From NCBI RefSeq assembly GCF_016432865.1, contig NC_067398.1, positions 117,490,001 through 117,554,000 of the forward strand: a DNA stretch of 64,000 nucleotides. Reading direction: 5' to 3'. Of this stretch, positions 36,201 to 50,700 are shown piece after piece. Position 1 is the first letter of the stretch, and every line of letters starts with the position of its first letter. Origin of the DNA: Antechinus flavipes. Its lineage: Eukaryota. The position numbers and the translations under genes were made by a program. Below the pieces are notes generated by a model. It had not been told where the DNA came from, ran no database searches, and saw only the letters and a list, made by a program, of their open reading frames with translations.

Positions 36201-39200
36201 ACCATGAGATCATTATATACTTCAACAACAAGACTACATGATGATCAATTCTGATAGACATGGCTATCTTCAACAATGAGAGGATCCAAATCAGTTCCAA
36301 CTGATCTGTAATGAACAGAACCAGCTACACCCAGTGAAAGATCACTGGGGAATGAGTGTGGCCACAACATAGCATTACCCTCTTTCTGTTACTGTTTGCT
36401 TGAATTTTTGGTTTCCTTCCCAGATTATTTTTTACCTTCTTTCTAAATCTTATCTTTCTTATACAAGATAACTGTATGGACATGTATACATATATTGTAT
36501 TTAACATATACTTTAACATATTTAATATGTATAAGACTGCCTGCCATCTGGGGAGGAGATGAGGGGAAGGAGGGGAAAAGTTGGAACAGAAGTTTTTGCA
36601 AGGGTCAATGTTGAAAAATTACCCATGCATGTTTGGTCAATAAAAAGCTAAAATTAAAAAAAAAAAGAAAAAGAAAAAGCTTTAATTAAAAAAAGAATTT
36701 TAAAAAATGTTAAGGAAAATAGGTGGGAGGATTTCTGACAAGCCTAGAAAGGAACACAAGAATCTTATTTGCTGCTACTTTTGTTAAAAGGTTTAGGGGG
36801 AATTTGACAAGATTTTTGCCATTTCTTCTGTACATTACTTTATTGTTTTGGTTGGTGATTAAACTTAAGGTTTTTAAATTGTTGGTGACACTGGAAGGTA
36901 AGAGTAACAGGTGACAGCCAGAGGGGCAAGGGAGGCCTCTCTGCATTCTCTTTTCTCATGGACTATGGAGCCATCTTCTCTCCTTACCTCTCGGCTTCCA
37001 GAAGCAGCAGCATCTTCTGAGCTTTCTCAGCTTCCACTTGGTCCAAGATCTTCTGTCTCTTCAGTCGTCCCTGAGCCTCCTGCTCCAGTCTCTGAGCCTC
37101 ATGTCTGATAGAAAAGGAGACAGGAAAAGATTCTCGTGAGATGGTGGTAGAGGAAGAATGGGAACCAGGGAGGGCGAGGGACAAGTGCATTGTGGAGGAG
37201 GAAGGAAATTGGCATTTATTATTAAGCACCTACTATGGACTAAGTTCTTTGCAAAACACCTACTATGTCTAAGTTCTTTACAAAATACTATGTGCTAAGT
37301 TTTTTTTTTTAAACAAATATTGCCTCATTTGATATTTACAACAACTCCAGGAGATAGGGGCTATCATGATTCCTGTTTTACAGATGGGGAAACTGAGGCA
37401 GATCGTGGCAAAGTGATTTGTCCAGGGTCATATAGCTAGTAAGTGTCCGAGGCTAGATTTGAACTAAGGTTTTTCTGACTCTATTACACCAGCTGGTTCA
37501 CTCAAGGAAACCTGTAGCATTAAGTACACAGGGATCTCAACATACAAAGGAGTGGATGCCATGGACTTAAGGCAGGAGAATTGGGAGGGGGAGGGAGTGT
37601 CGGAAAAGCCATCTGCTCGGCTCACTTGGCTGCAGCTTCTTGGGAATTCGTGGTGATTTCAATGGCCAGCTGGACACTTCGCTGCAGGGCGTCACGGGTC
37701 CGCTGGTCCACGGGTTCTACAGATTGGACATCCACGCTACTGATCACCAGCCCATTCTGAGGAAAGAAAGCTCGGTCCCGGGGCTGAAGCATGGGGTCCT
37801 CTCCAGCTCCTTTCCGCTCTATTTCCTCAAAACCGAAGACGGATGTCCGGATGATGCGAGCAGAATTCTTGTGGAAGTCATCAAAGGTGACTGAGGCCAC
37901 AGCCCCACGCACCCGGGAGGCGATGGCTTTGCAGGCGTCGCCCACAAAGTCTGGAACGGAGAAGAGCCGAGCAGCCTCCTGGGGGTTATTCTGGTCTTTC
38001 ACTTCAAAGTGCCTGTGGGAAGAGAAAGGGAGAAAGATGTCCCATCTCCTCCCCTACTGGGGTCTGGGAGTTAGGACTGTAATTCAGAACCTGGATTACT
38101 GCAATGGGCTCCTAAATGGTTTCCTTCACTCATCTTACTCCACTCTAATCTGTCTCCACCCAGTTGCCAAAGTGATATTTCCTTAAATAAAACTGTGACT
38201 GTCATTCTCTACCAAAACTCCAGTGCTGCTCTACTATCTCTGAGATAAAATATAATTACAATATATAATAACATAGTATTTCTGTAGCACTTATTCTGTG
38301 CCAGGCTCTGTACTAAGTTTTTATTCAATCATTTTAATTGTGTCCAGCTTTTCATGATTCAGTTTGGGGATTTCTTGGCAGAGATATGGAAGTGATTTGC
38401 CATTTCCTTCTCTAGCTTGTTTTATCAATGAAGAGCCGAGGCAGACAGGGTTAGGTGACGTGCCCGGGGTCTGATGAGTTAGGAAGCCAAATTTGATCAG
38501 GAAAATGCGTCCTCCTGGCTCCAGGCCTGGGCTGCGCCACCCAGCTGCCGCACTTACATTAATACATTACACAGTGTTACAAATACTGTGAAGGACAAAT
38601 CTCTGTCTTTGCATCCTCAGAACTTAGCACAGAACACGGCATCTGCCACCGGCTCTCCTGGGCCTGTTCAGACCCACCTGACTCTCGACAAGGTCCCCAG
38701 GACCTCCCTTTGGACAATTTGGATTGGACAAATCTCCCCCTCTCCCAGCGCTGACACAGCAGACGATCCTGGCAGGGCCTGGGGGAATCCCTAGGTACCA
38801 GTTGTAAGCCAGCTGGAGCTGCAGTCGGGCATGGTCCGCTGTTTCAATGGTGATGACATCAGTAAAGAAATCAGGCCCCAGTAGCAGGCAGAGTGTCCGG
38901 CGGGCATGGGGTCGCTTGGGCCGGCCAGCTGAGAGGGACAACACCGTGAATTGTTCTTCAGGGCCAAGGCACACCAGCTCTGGCCCAAACACAACCCTGT
39001 GGAAGATCCGGAGAGTCAGCCAAACAGAGAATTCACAGCCCCCAATCCCAGGCGCAACATCCCCCCAGATAGAAGAGTTTTCTTCCCATGTTTTCCCTTA
39101 CCGGGCTTTCTTTTCCCTGTAGTCATACACCTGCACAGCTGCATTGTGAGGGACCCGGTAGCTCACAATTCGAGTCTTATCCCTGGGAGGGAGAGAACCA

Positions 39201-41680
39201 CTTTTTCTTGACTCCCCCAATGCACCCCTGTCTGCCAGAGGGTCTTGCCCCATGCTCAGCAGTTCTTCCACGCCAGAAGGCAGCTCCTTTTCCCACAACT
39301 CTTCATCGTGGGTCAGCATATAGGTTTTACCAACAACAGCCCGGACCTAGAGAACAGACCAAAGAGAAGAAGACATTCTCCAAAGCGGGCAGGGACGAGA
39401 AAATTAAAGAATCCAAAGCTTTAGCTCACATTGCTCCCTACACTCAAGAACAGGATTCCTCAGTTCCATGTCAGAGGTAAGGGCTAGTAGGCACTTAATA
39501 AACACGTATTGAATTGCATTAAAACACCTGGGTTCTGCTACTATTTCATTAATAGTCTTTGGAAAGATGTATTCCTTCCTTTGAACCTCAGTTTCCTGTT
39601 AACAAAACTAAGGAAGGATAAGGTGAAAAGTAGGTGCTGAGATCCCCTTCATTCTAAAACCTAGGGTCCTGAGATCTGAAATGTCATCCCTTGACAACAG
39701 AGATCCTGCTCATCTTTTACAGTTTAGTTCAAATGCTTTGCTTTCCAATAAGCCTTCTCTAATTTCCTTACTTCATAATCTTCCCCCTGCCCATCCCTAG
39801 TCTTCACATAGCATTGTGCATTTATTTCTCTTAATAAATATTTAATGGATTGAATTCAATAAGAATCTACAGTGTAGAACATTGAGCTAGGCCCTAGAAG
39901 AGGCAGTGAGTTAAATAAGCTACAGTGTCTATTCTCATGAAGCTTACATTCTGGCCATTTTAATTTTATGCAGCTGGTACTGAACTGGCTCTTAAAGAAA
40001 TTCCAAAAGAATAATGTGCTAAAAATATTATGCATTTTTTTTTGAAACTCTCTCCTCATCTCATCCAGACTGAAGTATAATAACTACTCAGGGACTGACC
40101 ATAGTTGAATGGAAACTTCATTATTTTTGTCTTTTCCAACAAGGCCAGTTTGCCCATCCTCAAGCAATCCATGGCCCCCTGATTCTTGGGGGTTTATCAT
40201 GTCAGTTTAGAACTTAGTGTCAACACCTGATCATCTTTAGCCCTAGTAGAGTTCAAAACTTCAAATCTCAAGCAATCTGCCAGCCTCAGTTTCCTCAGAA
40301 GCAGGGACTATCATGGTGTTATGGATTATTTATATTATGTTATTATATGTTACTATATTATTCATACTATATATCATCAATTTATATTATGGATTCTGTT
40401 ATAGTTGTTCATGGGCATATTTGGGAAAAATACAAACTTCATCTTAAGCCTGGCTGATCTGATCCAGCTTCGATGAGACTCCAGCTCTTTCTTTAAGCCA
40501 AGCTCTAGAAGACTTTTGCCTTCAGCATCCAGATTTTTCAAAAACTTACTTTCTAAACCTTTCCTGATCAATGAATCACCAATAGAAGACTCTAACCCCT
40601 CCCTTTGGGCCTTAGGCTATATCACTATTTCCTTTATTACTGTTTTCCTCTTAGTCATTGGGATTAGCTTTCTCTTAAACTTGTGGGTGGTACTTCTTTT
40701 TTTCTACCAGCCCTATGCAGTTGATCATAGGAGCAAGTTTCCCAGAGTTTATTTCCAAGGAAAAAGGGAATATGCAAGTTTATAATACACAAGGACAAAA
40801 ACAGGCAGATAGAAGACAAAATTTTCCCCCTTGGGATCTTAAGGACATGGTGTTTTAGGCATAGAGGCACAAAGACATGGGACACCCAGATCAAAGGGAC
40901 CAGCTTGTTTATATTCACATATCTTATTCTGGTTAATATTAAAAATCAGAAAAATAAATTAGGGCAAAGTCTGGCAGAATTATTTGGTGAGGGGGCTGCT
41001 GGTTGGGCCTTTTGATTTACCATAGTCTTGAGCACTAGGCATTTTCTCTGACTATCCCCCTTATAGCTGGAATGTTCTTCCTTCTCATTTTTGCCTCCTA
41101 GTTTCCTTCAAGTCTCAGCTAAAATCCCATCTCCAAGAAGCCCTGTTTTGCCTAATTCCCAATCCCTTTTACTTCCAGAAATCTTCCCTTTATTGATTAT
41201 TTCCTATTTAACACATACACAGGTTTCTGAGGACCAGGACTCTCTTTGTATCCCCAGGGCTTAGCAGAGAGTCTCAGTAGGTGCTTAATAAATGTTTACC
41301 AGATTGGATTGAAGTTTTGTCACTTATTAATTGTCTGACTTATTGATTGACTGATTGAGAGGAGCCTGCCTTTCCATTCTGGGCTTCTGTTTCTTCACCT
41401 GAAAAAATGAGGGGTTTGTTGGAAAAGTTGGGGAAGGTGTCAGAAAAGGGAAATAAATTCTTTTGGAATTTCTTTAAGAGCCAGCTCACTACACATATAT
41501 TGTATCTAGTATATACTGTAACCCATTCAACATGTAAAGGACTGCTTGCCATCTGGGGGAAGGAGTGGAGGGAGGGAGGGGAAAGATTGGAACAGAAGTG
41601 AATGCAAGGGATAATGCTGTAAAAATTACCCTGGCATGCGTTCTATCAATAAAAAGTTATTAAAAAAATAAATAAATAAA

Positions 41681-41714
<34 letters not shown>

Positions 41715-44700
41715 GAGCCAGCTCACTTTAGGAGCTTGGAGGTAGGTATAGGGTTCTAGAATTATGGCAGGCACCTGAGGCAGTTTCAGATCAATCAAGG
41801 CAGCCTGATGAGGAGCATGCTGCACTTGGAGTTAGGGAGATTTTGTTCAACTCCAGCCTCAGACATTACTAGTTCTGTGACCCAAGCCATTTAACCTCTG
41901 CTGCCTCAATTTCCTCACCTGCAAAATGAAGATGCTAATAGCAGATTCCTCCAGGATTGTTATCAGGACTAAATGAAATAGCATATGGAAAGAGCTTCAT
42001 GTAACTTCAAGGGCTACATCAATTCTAGTGATGATTATTATGAAATTCCAGATTGGGTTTGGAAGCAAGACCTACCTTGCCAGTCTTGATATCCCGCACA
42101 TAGATGCCCTCATTCTCATCCAGAGGGATGGCCTGTCGCTGCTCTATCACTTCTACTTTGGCTGGGGGGACATATTCCAGGGGTCCCCTAATCAGCCAGC
42201 GGTCTCCGGCCCGCCTTTTACCATTCTCCCCGTCATCCCCTTCCTCCAGGGGCTGGAGGGCCCTCAAAAGCAGCCCTTCGTCTTCGGAGAGCACAAACAC
42301 CTCCTGGATGCCTTCCTCTAACCTCTCCCCAGGATGAAGGAAGAAAGATTTCTCCCCCTGTAGGAGAAGGCAGAGTAAGGCACGCGGCTCTTCCCGAAGT
42401 GTCCCCCCTCGCGCCCACTCCCGCCAGCCTCATCACCTTCACCACGCGCTTGTGTCCCAGCTGGTTCTTGCCGTCGGGCCCCACGGGGTCCAGGATCACA
42501 CAGTAGTTCCGTGGCCCCAAGGTAGTGATGTTCACAATCCCCAGCACTTCCTCATACACATCAGGCACGTGGGCTTCTGTGTCCGCTTGGGTGACCAGCC
42601 ACTCCTCCCCCGTGTGGCGCAGCAGGCCCCTCACATCCCGGAAGTTCTGCAGGGCCCGCAGGTGCAGGGCTATCTGTGCAGAAGGGAGATGGAAGCTAGA
42701 AGGCCTCTGGCCTCTAACCTAACCAAGAGGGATGTGATCCCCCACTCGGGCCAGACATGGAGCCGCCCTTTATGTGGTTAAGATTTGCTAGCACTCTTTG
42801 AGCAGTCTCAGTTAATCCTCACAGCAGTCCTGACCCTCAGCTCTTCAACTGATCTCTACTGCTCTTTTACCCCTCATCACTTCCACATTTAAGGGACTTA
42901 GGAAAGCTGCACTGATAGAAAAAGGTTTTCCATTCATCCTAATTTCAGGGTGACTTCCGAACACCTGCTGGTCAGGTTAGAATGAGGTTGATTTATTCTT
43001 GTGCCATGGACCTTTTTATGAGGCTGGTAAAACCCATGAACGCTTTCTCAGAACTGAGTTTTTAAATATCTGAAAAACCTATGGTTACTGAAATATGACA
43101 AATTAAAAAAAAATATTTTTAAATTAGAGACCCTAGTGTTCAGAACCAATGGGCTGGAAAAGTGAGCTTAGAAAGATCACTACTTATTATGTTCCTTATC
43201 CACCCCATCCTGGGATAGTGTCCCCACTCAGTTTCCCTCAGTCTTTGTGGAATCCCTCCCAATTCCCCAGAGCTTATGTACCTTGTCTGTGAGGACCACA
43301 GCATTGACCACATCCAGAACTTCCTCAAACACACCTGGGAGGTAGGCCCCCATGGAGCGTACCAGCCATTCTTCTCCTAACAAAGGAAGTCATGTTAAAG
43401 GTTAGAAAATCTGGCAAAGTCCTGAAAAGACCATCTTAGTGGGTTCTGGTGATGAATACTCTTCCCTATAACAGACAAATGCAGGGTAAGGACCTGTCAA
43501 ACTTCTAGCTGACAAATTCTGCTTGTTACCACTCATTTCTCTTGCTTTCTGACCTCAGCAATGTTGTGTTTTTTTAAAGGTTGATCTGTGGGAAAATAAA
43601 CCTCTTTGAAATGGAGAATTCACAAGTGTCAGTATTTATATATCTCCTTCAGATACTCTGTCTCTTTCTTAAACTGACTTGTTTTCCCATCTAAGGCCTC
43701 TGCCAAGTTCCTGAGGCTCTCTCCATGTCCATGGTTTCTCTCCAACCTCCTTTGTTCCCCTCAACCCTTCCCTTTGTAAACATCTCCACCCTTCTTGTTC
43801 TCTGCCCTCCAGATCATTCCGTCTCCCTGCCCCACCCTGGCTCCAGCTCCCCTGTCCCCTTACCTGTCACTCTCTGTTTGCCATCCCGATCCAGACATTC
43901 TTTCCGGGCCCGCAGGCGAAGAGCTTGGTTATGTCGAATCACTGTGGCCTGGATTGTCTCCACCACTTCTACCTCCTTCTGGGGGATGTATGTGCCTGAG
44001 AGGATGGAATGGAAAGTGTAGAAAATGCTTTATTATAATGTTCAGAAAACTATCATCATACTGTTTAAATCTAACTTTATGGGACTAGAGAGAATGTCAC
44101 CCTACTCTCAGTAACTTTCCAGGAATGCCAGAGAGGGCTACAGGGAATTATGGGTTCTTCTCAGGGCCTGGATCCCATAAAAAGCAAACCTTCTGGGGCC
44201 TGGAGGATAGGGAATCACACATCTTCCAGCTCTTTTTCTTTTACCAAATGACCTAATAAAATTTCTTCCTAAAACTATTTTAGGTTTTGGGGTTTCTTTT
44301 CACAATTGACAAAATAAAGGAGAAAACAGGGGAAAGCAAGAGAGGCAAGTGATTGGGGATTCTTCCTATTCCACCCAGGATGAAACCTGCCGAATGAGGT
44401 CAGATCCTATATAGATGATGACCATTAGGGAGACAAATGACTTACCAGGCCCTTCAAAGAGCCACTCATCTCCTGCTATTCTTCTCTCCCCATTCTCATC
44501 TTCAAAGTCAAGTAAAGCCTTAAGGTGCAGTGCTGTATTGGGTAGGACCACCTGAAGTGGAGTTATATCCTAGCAGAATAGAAAAGAAATCCATGATCCA
44601 TCCCTGAGGCCCTCAGAATTAGGACTCTCAAAGATCTGGATGGGAGGGCCTGAAATTCAAGGTAGACTCAAGGTAGTTTTGGAAGTGAGAAATCAACTTC

Positions 44701-47700
44701 TGTCATGTAAAGAGAACAATGAAAAATATCCTGAGCAGCACCTTTTCTGTCCATTTCCTCTAGATTTGGTTTTCCTGAGAGTATAAGTAGAGAATTTTGA
44801 AGGCTGCATTTTATGAATCAGAGAGTGCCAAATTCTTTTGTGGCATAAGTAGTAAATGCCCAAATATCACACAATCGTGGGAAGTAGGAGACAGAGCACT
44901 GGACCTGGAAGCATAAGATAAGTGTCTCAGTTCTGAGACAATTACTAGCTTTGTGTTAACCTTGGGTAAATGTTGCTTAATCCCTCCAAACCTCAGCTTT
45001 TTCCTCTGTAGAAAGAAGTTAATTAAGATTCTTGGTCTAGATTAAAAGCTAGATCATGAAATTATTTGGATCTAGGGAAGAAGGGATGGTGCCATTTTAG
45101 CATTTAGAGCTATCTATCACTAGGATAACACAGGAATACTGACACATCTTTATCTTGCCCTTTAATTTTACAAGACCATATTTCAAAACATTCAGAAAAA
45201 GGATAGGTGGAATCCCAGATATGAAATTCTTAAGGAAGAGTTGTTGAAAAAAAGATTGAGGGAAGAGGAAAGGAGGAGGCAAGAACTCTTCAAAAATAAA
45301 TTCTGTTGGGGAACATAAATGATTCCCATGAGTAAGAAAAATGTGTCAACGAGACCAAATGGTTACATACACATCACTGATAAACACTGAATTTGGAAAA
45401 GCAAATGAGCAAAGTAACTGAGACAAAATTAAAAAATGTATTCTGAATCTGTAAGAATGCCAAGACTAAAGTTGCAAAAGATCTAAGATATGTAATAAAT
45501 AATGACCACAAAATAGTTTTAAAAAATAAGATGGAACAGGAAGAAAGTAGCAAAGGGACCACTTCTCAAGATGACAGTGGTAAAAACTGAAAAAAGGAAG
45601 AACTATTCAACTCCTTTTGCTCCTATCTTTTTTCTCTACCAAGAAGAATGACCTTTAGACTGGGAAAGGTTGAACAAAAATGGTTAACAGGGCACTGAAA
45701 GAAAAGTCAACAGATGAAATGATAAAGAGGTTATATCTGTTCGCAATATGCTCAAGCCACTGTGCCAGGGTGAACTCTGCCCCAGAAGCCTAAAAGGACT
45801 TGTACATGTGACTTAAAAACTACCAATAATAGTTAAGCAGAGTCATGAGGAATAGGAGGAAATATTATTGGAGATATTCAAATGTTCTATTTTGAAAAAA
45901 TAGTGGAAGGCAAATTCTCAAATTGTAAACTAGCTAGTTCCCCCCCCCACACACACACTTAACAGTATTTTATTTTTTCTACTTATATGTAAAAGTTTTC
46001 AACATTTACTTTTATAAGATTTTGAGTTCCACTATGCTTAAAATTATCAAACTGTGCATACCCTTTGATCCAGCAGTGTTACTATTGGGCTTATATCCTA
46101 AAGAGATATTAAAGAAGGGAAAGGGACCCCACATGTGTAAGAATGTTTGTGGCAGCCCTCTTTGTAGTGGCCAGAAACTGGAAACTAAGTGGATGCCCAT
46201 CAATGGGAGAATGGCTGAATAAGTTATGGTATATGAATTATGGAATATTATTGTTCTGTAAGAAATGACCAGCTGGATGATTTCAGAAAGGCCTGGAAAG
46301 ATTTACACGAACTGATGCTGAGTGAAATGAGCAGGGCCAGGATCATTATACACTTCAACAACAATACTCTATGATGATCAATTCTGATGGACGTGGCCCT
46401 CTTCAACAATGAGATGAACCAAATCAGTTCCAATAGAGCAGTAATGAACTGAACCAGCTACGCCCAGGGAAAGAACTCTGGGAGATGACTATGAACCACT
46501 ACATAGAATTCCCAATCCCTCTATTTTTGTCCGCCTGCATTTTTGATTTCCTTCACAGGCTAATTGTACACTATTTCAAAGTCCGATTCTTTTTGTACAG
46601 CAAAATGACTGTATGGACATGTATACTTATATTGTATTTAACTTATACTTTAACATATTCAACATGTATTGGTCTACCTGCCATCTGGGGGAGGGGGTGG
46701 GGGAGAGGGAGGGGAAAAATTGGAACACAAGGTTTTGCAACTGTCAATGCTGAAAAATTACCCATGCATATATCTTGTAAATAAAAACTATAATAAAAAA
46801 GATTTTGAGTTCCATTGTTGTTCTACCTCCATCTATCCCAATCATCCTCCTCAAATGGCAAGCAGTCTAATATAAATTATACTTGTATCCTCATATCAAA
46901 CATATTTCCACATTAGTCATATTGTGAAAGAATTAGAAAAAAACTATGAGAAAGGAAAAATTAAAAAAAATGACAATAGTGTCCTTTAATCTGCATTCAA
47001 ATTCCATAAGTTTTTTCTTTGAATGTGGCTCACATTTTCCATCATGAATCTTTTGGAATTGGCTTTATCACTGGATTGCTAAGAAGAGCTTAGTCTATAA
47101 AAGTTGATCATTTCATTATACACTTCGACAACGATATTGTATGAGGACATATTTTGATGGAAGTGGATTTCTTTGACAAAGAGACCTGAGTTTCAATTGA
47201 TAAATGACGGACAAAAGCAGCTACACCCAAAGAAAGAACACTGGGAAACGAATGTGAACTATCTGCATTTTTGTTTCTCTTCCCGGATTATTTATACCTT
47301 CTGAATCCAATTCTCCCTACGCAACAAGAGAACTGTTCGGTTCTGCAAACATATATTGTATCTAGGATATACTGCAACATATCCAACATATAAAGGACTG
47401 CTTGCCATCTAGGGGAGGGGGTCGAGGGAGGGAGGGGAAAAAAAATCGGAACAGAAATGAGTGTAAATATAATGTAATTATTAAATAAAAAAAATTAAAA
47501 AAAAAAAAAAAGTTGATCATTGCACAATATTGCTGTTACTGTGTATGATATTCTCCTGGTTCTAGCAAGTTTATTGTTGACAAAATTTTTAAAGGGGTGG
47601 TTTGTGGATCCTTAGAAAGAAAATCACTAATTGCTATGTGCCAGTATGAGTTCTCTAAAGACAAATAATTCTGGGCTGTTTTTTTTCCTTTTTTGACAGC

Positions 47701-50700
47701 TAATAGATTTGGAAAATATCATTTGTCGGGCCATTAATAAAAATCCAGCACAATGGTGTTGAGGACCAGACAGATGTGGGAGATAGGGAGATTTAGACAT
47801 AGGTAAAAAGATAGGAATTAAAAAATAAGATGTAGGAATACAACCTGGAATGAACTCTAGCAGAATGCTTTCTCTAGGGTACTGTTGTTCTTAGTGTTTG
47901 GGAAACATGCTGATCCCATGAGGAAAAATGAATGTATAACATGAATGAGTACAAATCCATGAATATTAGAACAGTTAGAAGAGTGGATGAAATTTATTAA
48001 ATTTTTTCCCCTACTTTATTAAATTTAAAGTACAACACTTTGGTTAAAAAACAAACAAAAAATTTTACAAGTATAAAACTGGGATATGAGTAGACAAAAA
48101 CTCATGGAAAGGAATGAGGTTTTTAAAGTAAACATGTTATATAGCCAAGTCAAGTCAATAAGCATTCATTAAGTACTTATTATGTGCCAGGCATTGTGCT
48201 AGAGATACAAAGGGCTGGTTACTGTTTTTTATGCTTGAATAGGACCAAAATGGCACCATTTTTTGTTTTGAATAGGATAGTGTGAGGGTCAAAAATACTC
48301 AGTTTACAACAAAAGATACTTAGGCAGAGCCATTTGAGATGCTCCCTTTTTGCAGGGGCTTAATTTTATAGTGCTTGATACACAGAAGATACAGCTGAGG
48401 CAAAGTTAAAATTCAGAGTCTCATTGGTTAATAGACCTGTAGCTTGCCCATTCAGGGGAACTTTCAGTTCATGGGTACAACTGGTGACGAGAGGATTCCA
48501 AAATTGGCCAAGCTGATGGTCACTCACTGGCACCCTGTTTAAGACAGTGTTAGCTGTTGGCCAGAACACCCATAGGCCTGTTTCTCCAGCAAAGTGATAA
48601 TAAGATTGAGGGACCATCAGAAATAGAATGTTCTATATCACTGACTCATCTCTATCAGGCCAAAGTAGATTGCCTACTCAGCAGAAAGAGTGGTGGTCCT
48701 ATAATCAAGGAAGTGAACTTTGTAACAAGTCATTGAACTTAAGAATCTTAAAGCCCATTACAAGAAAGAATCTATCCTACCTTATCTAATCATCTCCAAA
48801 ATAAAGATATGTAAATATCTATTAACACTAGTTGATTATACTGACTGAATATAAATTAATAGAAAAGCATATCACTAAATAATTACTATGGAATCATACC
48901 AAACTGAATAACTGATCAAAAATAAGCTAGGGGTCTAAGTCTACAGGGTCTAAGTCATTATTTCCTACAATAGTCACCTCCCACATTAGGCAGACTAGGA
49001 TTAGGTTAAGTGGAGCAGGCCATTTTTAAGGGCACCTTTTCTAGCCCTTTCCTCGCCAGAAGCAGAACAAGGTGGCTGCTCAGACTCCCAGGGATTCCAA
49101 ATCCCCCTGCTGCTTCAACACAGTGAGAAGAGAACTCTAGGTCCTGGGCCTCTTGTGGACAGGGCCTGATTACTTCCAGTGCATTCCCACCTGCTGATTC
49201 ATCACCACAGGACTTTGAGGCAGGCAAAAAGGATAAAATGGTGAAGTCTTTGACTTGAACATAATTGGATTTAAGGGCCTTCATGGCCCTTGGGAAAAAC
49301 TGTTCTCATCTGACCATTCCACCAAGGATGTCTTCCTGTGTCTGGGTTAGACACCCCTAAACTGCTGAGGGATTTAAGGCCCCTCAGGTACCCTCAGCCT
49401 GATTTAGCCCATCCGCCGACACTGGCTGCTGTACAAACCGCAGCCTCTCGTGGCCACAGGTGGGAAATGGATGGCAGGTGAACACCAAAGGTGGAAAGCG
49501 ACTCTGAAAGGGCTCAGCAGCTCTCACATAGATGTGTTAGTCTCCTCTGACCACTTATCCACCCACATACAACTATAAGCAAAATGAAATATATTCTCTG
49601 CCCTCAAGGAATTTCTACACCAAGGAAAGACAACACATATAAGAAAACTGAAAAAGAAGGGGAATGGGGAAAGGGAAAGTAAAGACAGCAGAAAGTCTGG
49701 ATAGCCAGGAATGGAGCCCAATGGCTAGTCTGGGAGCCTTTTTTTAAATCGGAGGTACCTGGAGGAACCAGCCAATCAGAGGGGCTGTGGTACAGCATGA
49801 ACTTCTAGGGTGGGAAGGCTGCTATAGACATGATGGAGGAGTGGAACCCGAGAAGAATGTCTGAGAAACAGTTGGAAATAGCAACTGTAGCTCGGTAAGA
49901 GAGATTGGGGCTGGATATATATCATCAGGTGAAGATGGAAACATATATTTTTGGACACAGTTAGGATGGGAATTGCTTTTAGCTATACATATGTCTTATA
50001 AGTAATTTTTTTCCCAATTTTTTTTTCCAGTACAGATGATAGGAGGGGAAAATGGGAGGGAGACTGGAATGGAATTAAAAAGAAGGCCAGAGAGAGAAGA
50101 TGAGAATATCCTTGAAACATACATGAAAAACTAATTTTCTGTTCAGTATAAAAAATAAAATTAGACGAAAAAATACTCAGAGGAGACATGATTGCTGCTT
50201 TTGAGCACTTTAAGGGCTGACATGTAGACAAGGGATTGGCTTTCGTTTATTTAGCCACAGAGGGAAGAACTGGGAATAAAAGGGTAATAGTTACAGGGAG
50301 GTAGGTTTTGATATTAAACAAGATTTCCTTTTTTTTTTTAATAACTTTTTATTGACAGAACCCATGCCAGGGTAATTTTTTACAACATTATCCCTTGAAC
50401 TCATTTCTGTTCCGATTTTTCCCTTCCCTCCCTCCATCCCCTCCCCCAGATGGCAAGCAGTCCTATACATGTTAAATAGGTTTCAGTATATCCTAGATAC
50501 AATATATGTGTGCAGAACTGAACAGTTCTCTTATTACACAGGGAGAATTGGATTCAGAAGGTATAAATAACTTGGCAAGAAAAACAAAAATGCAAGCAGT
50601 TTATATTCATTTCCCAGTGTTAAACAAGATTTCTAAAAAGTCTTAATTCACTCTTAAGCTTCAGTTTTCTAAAAATGTACTAAGTATTTTGGAAATCCTA

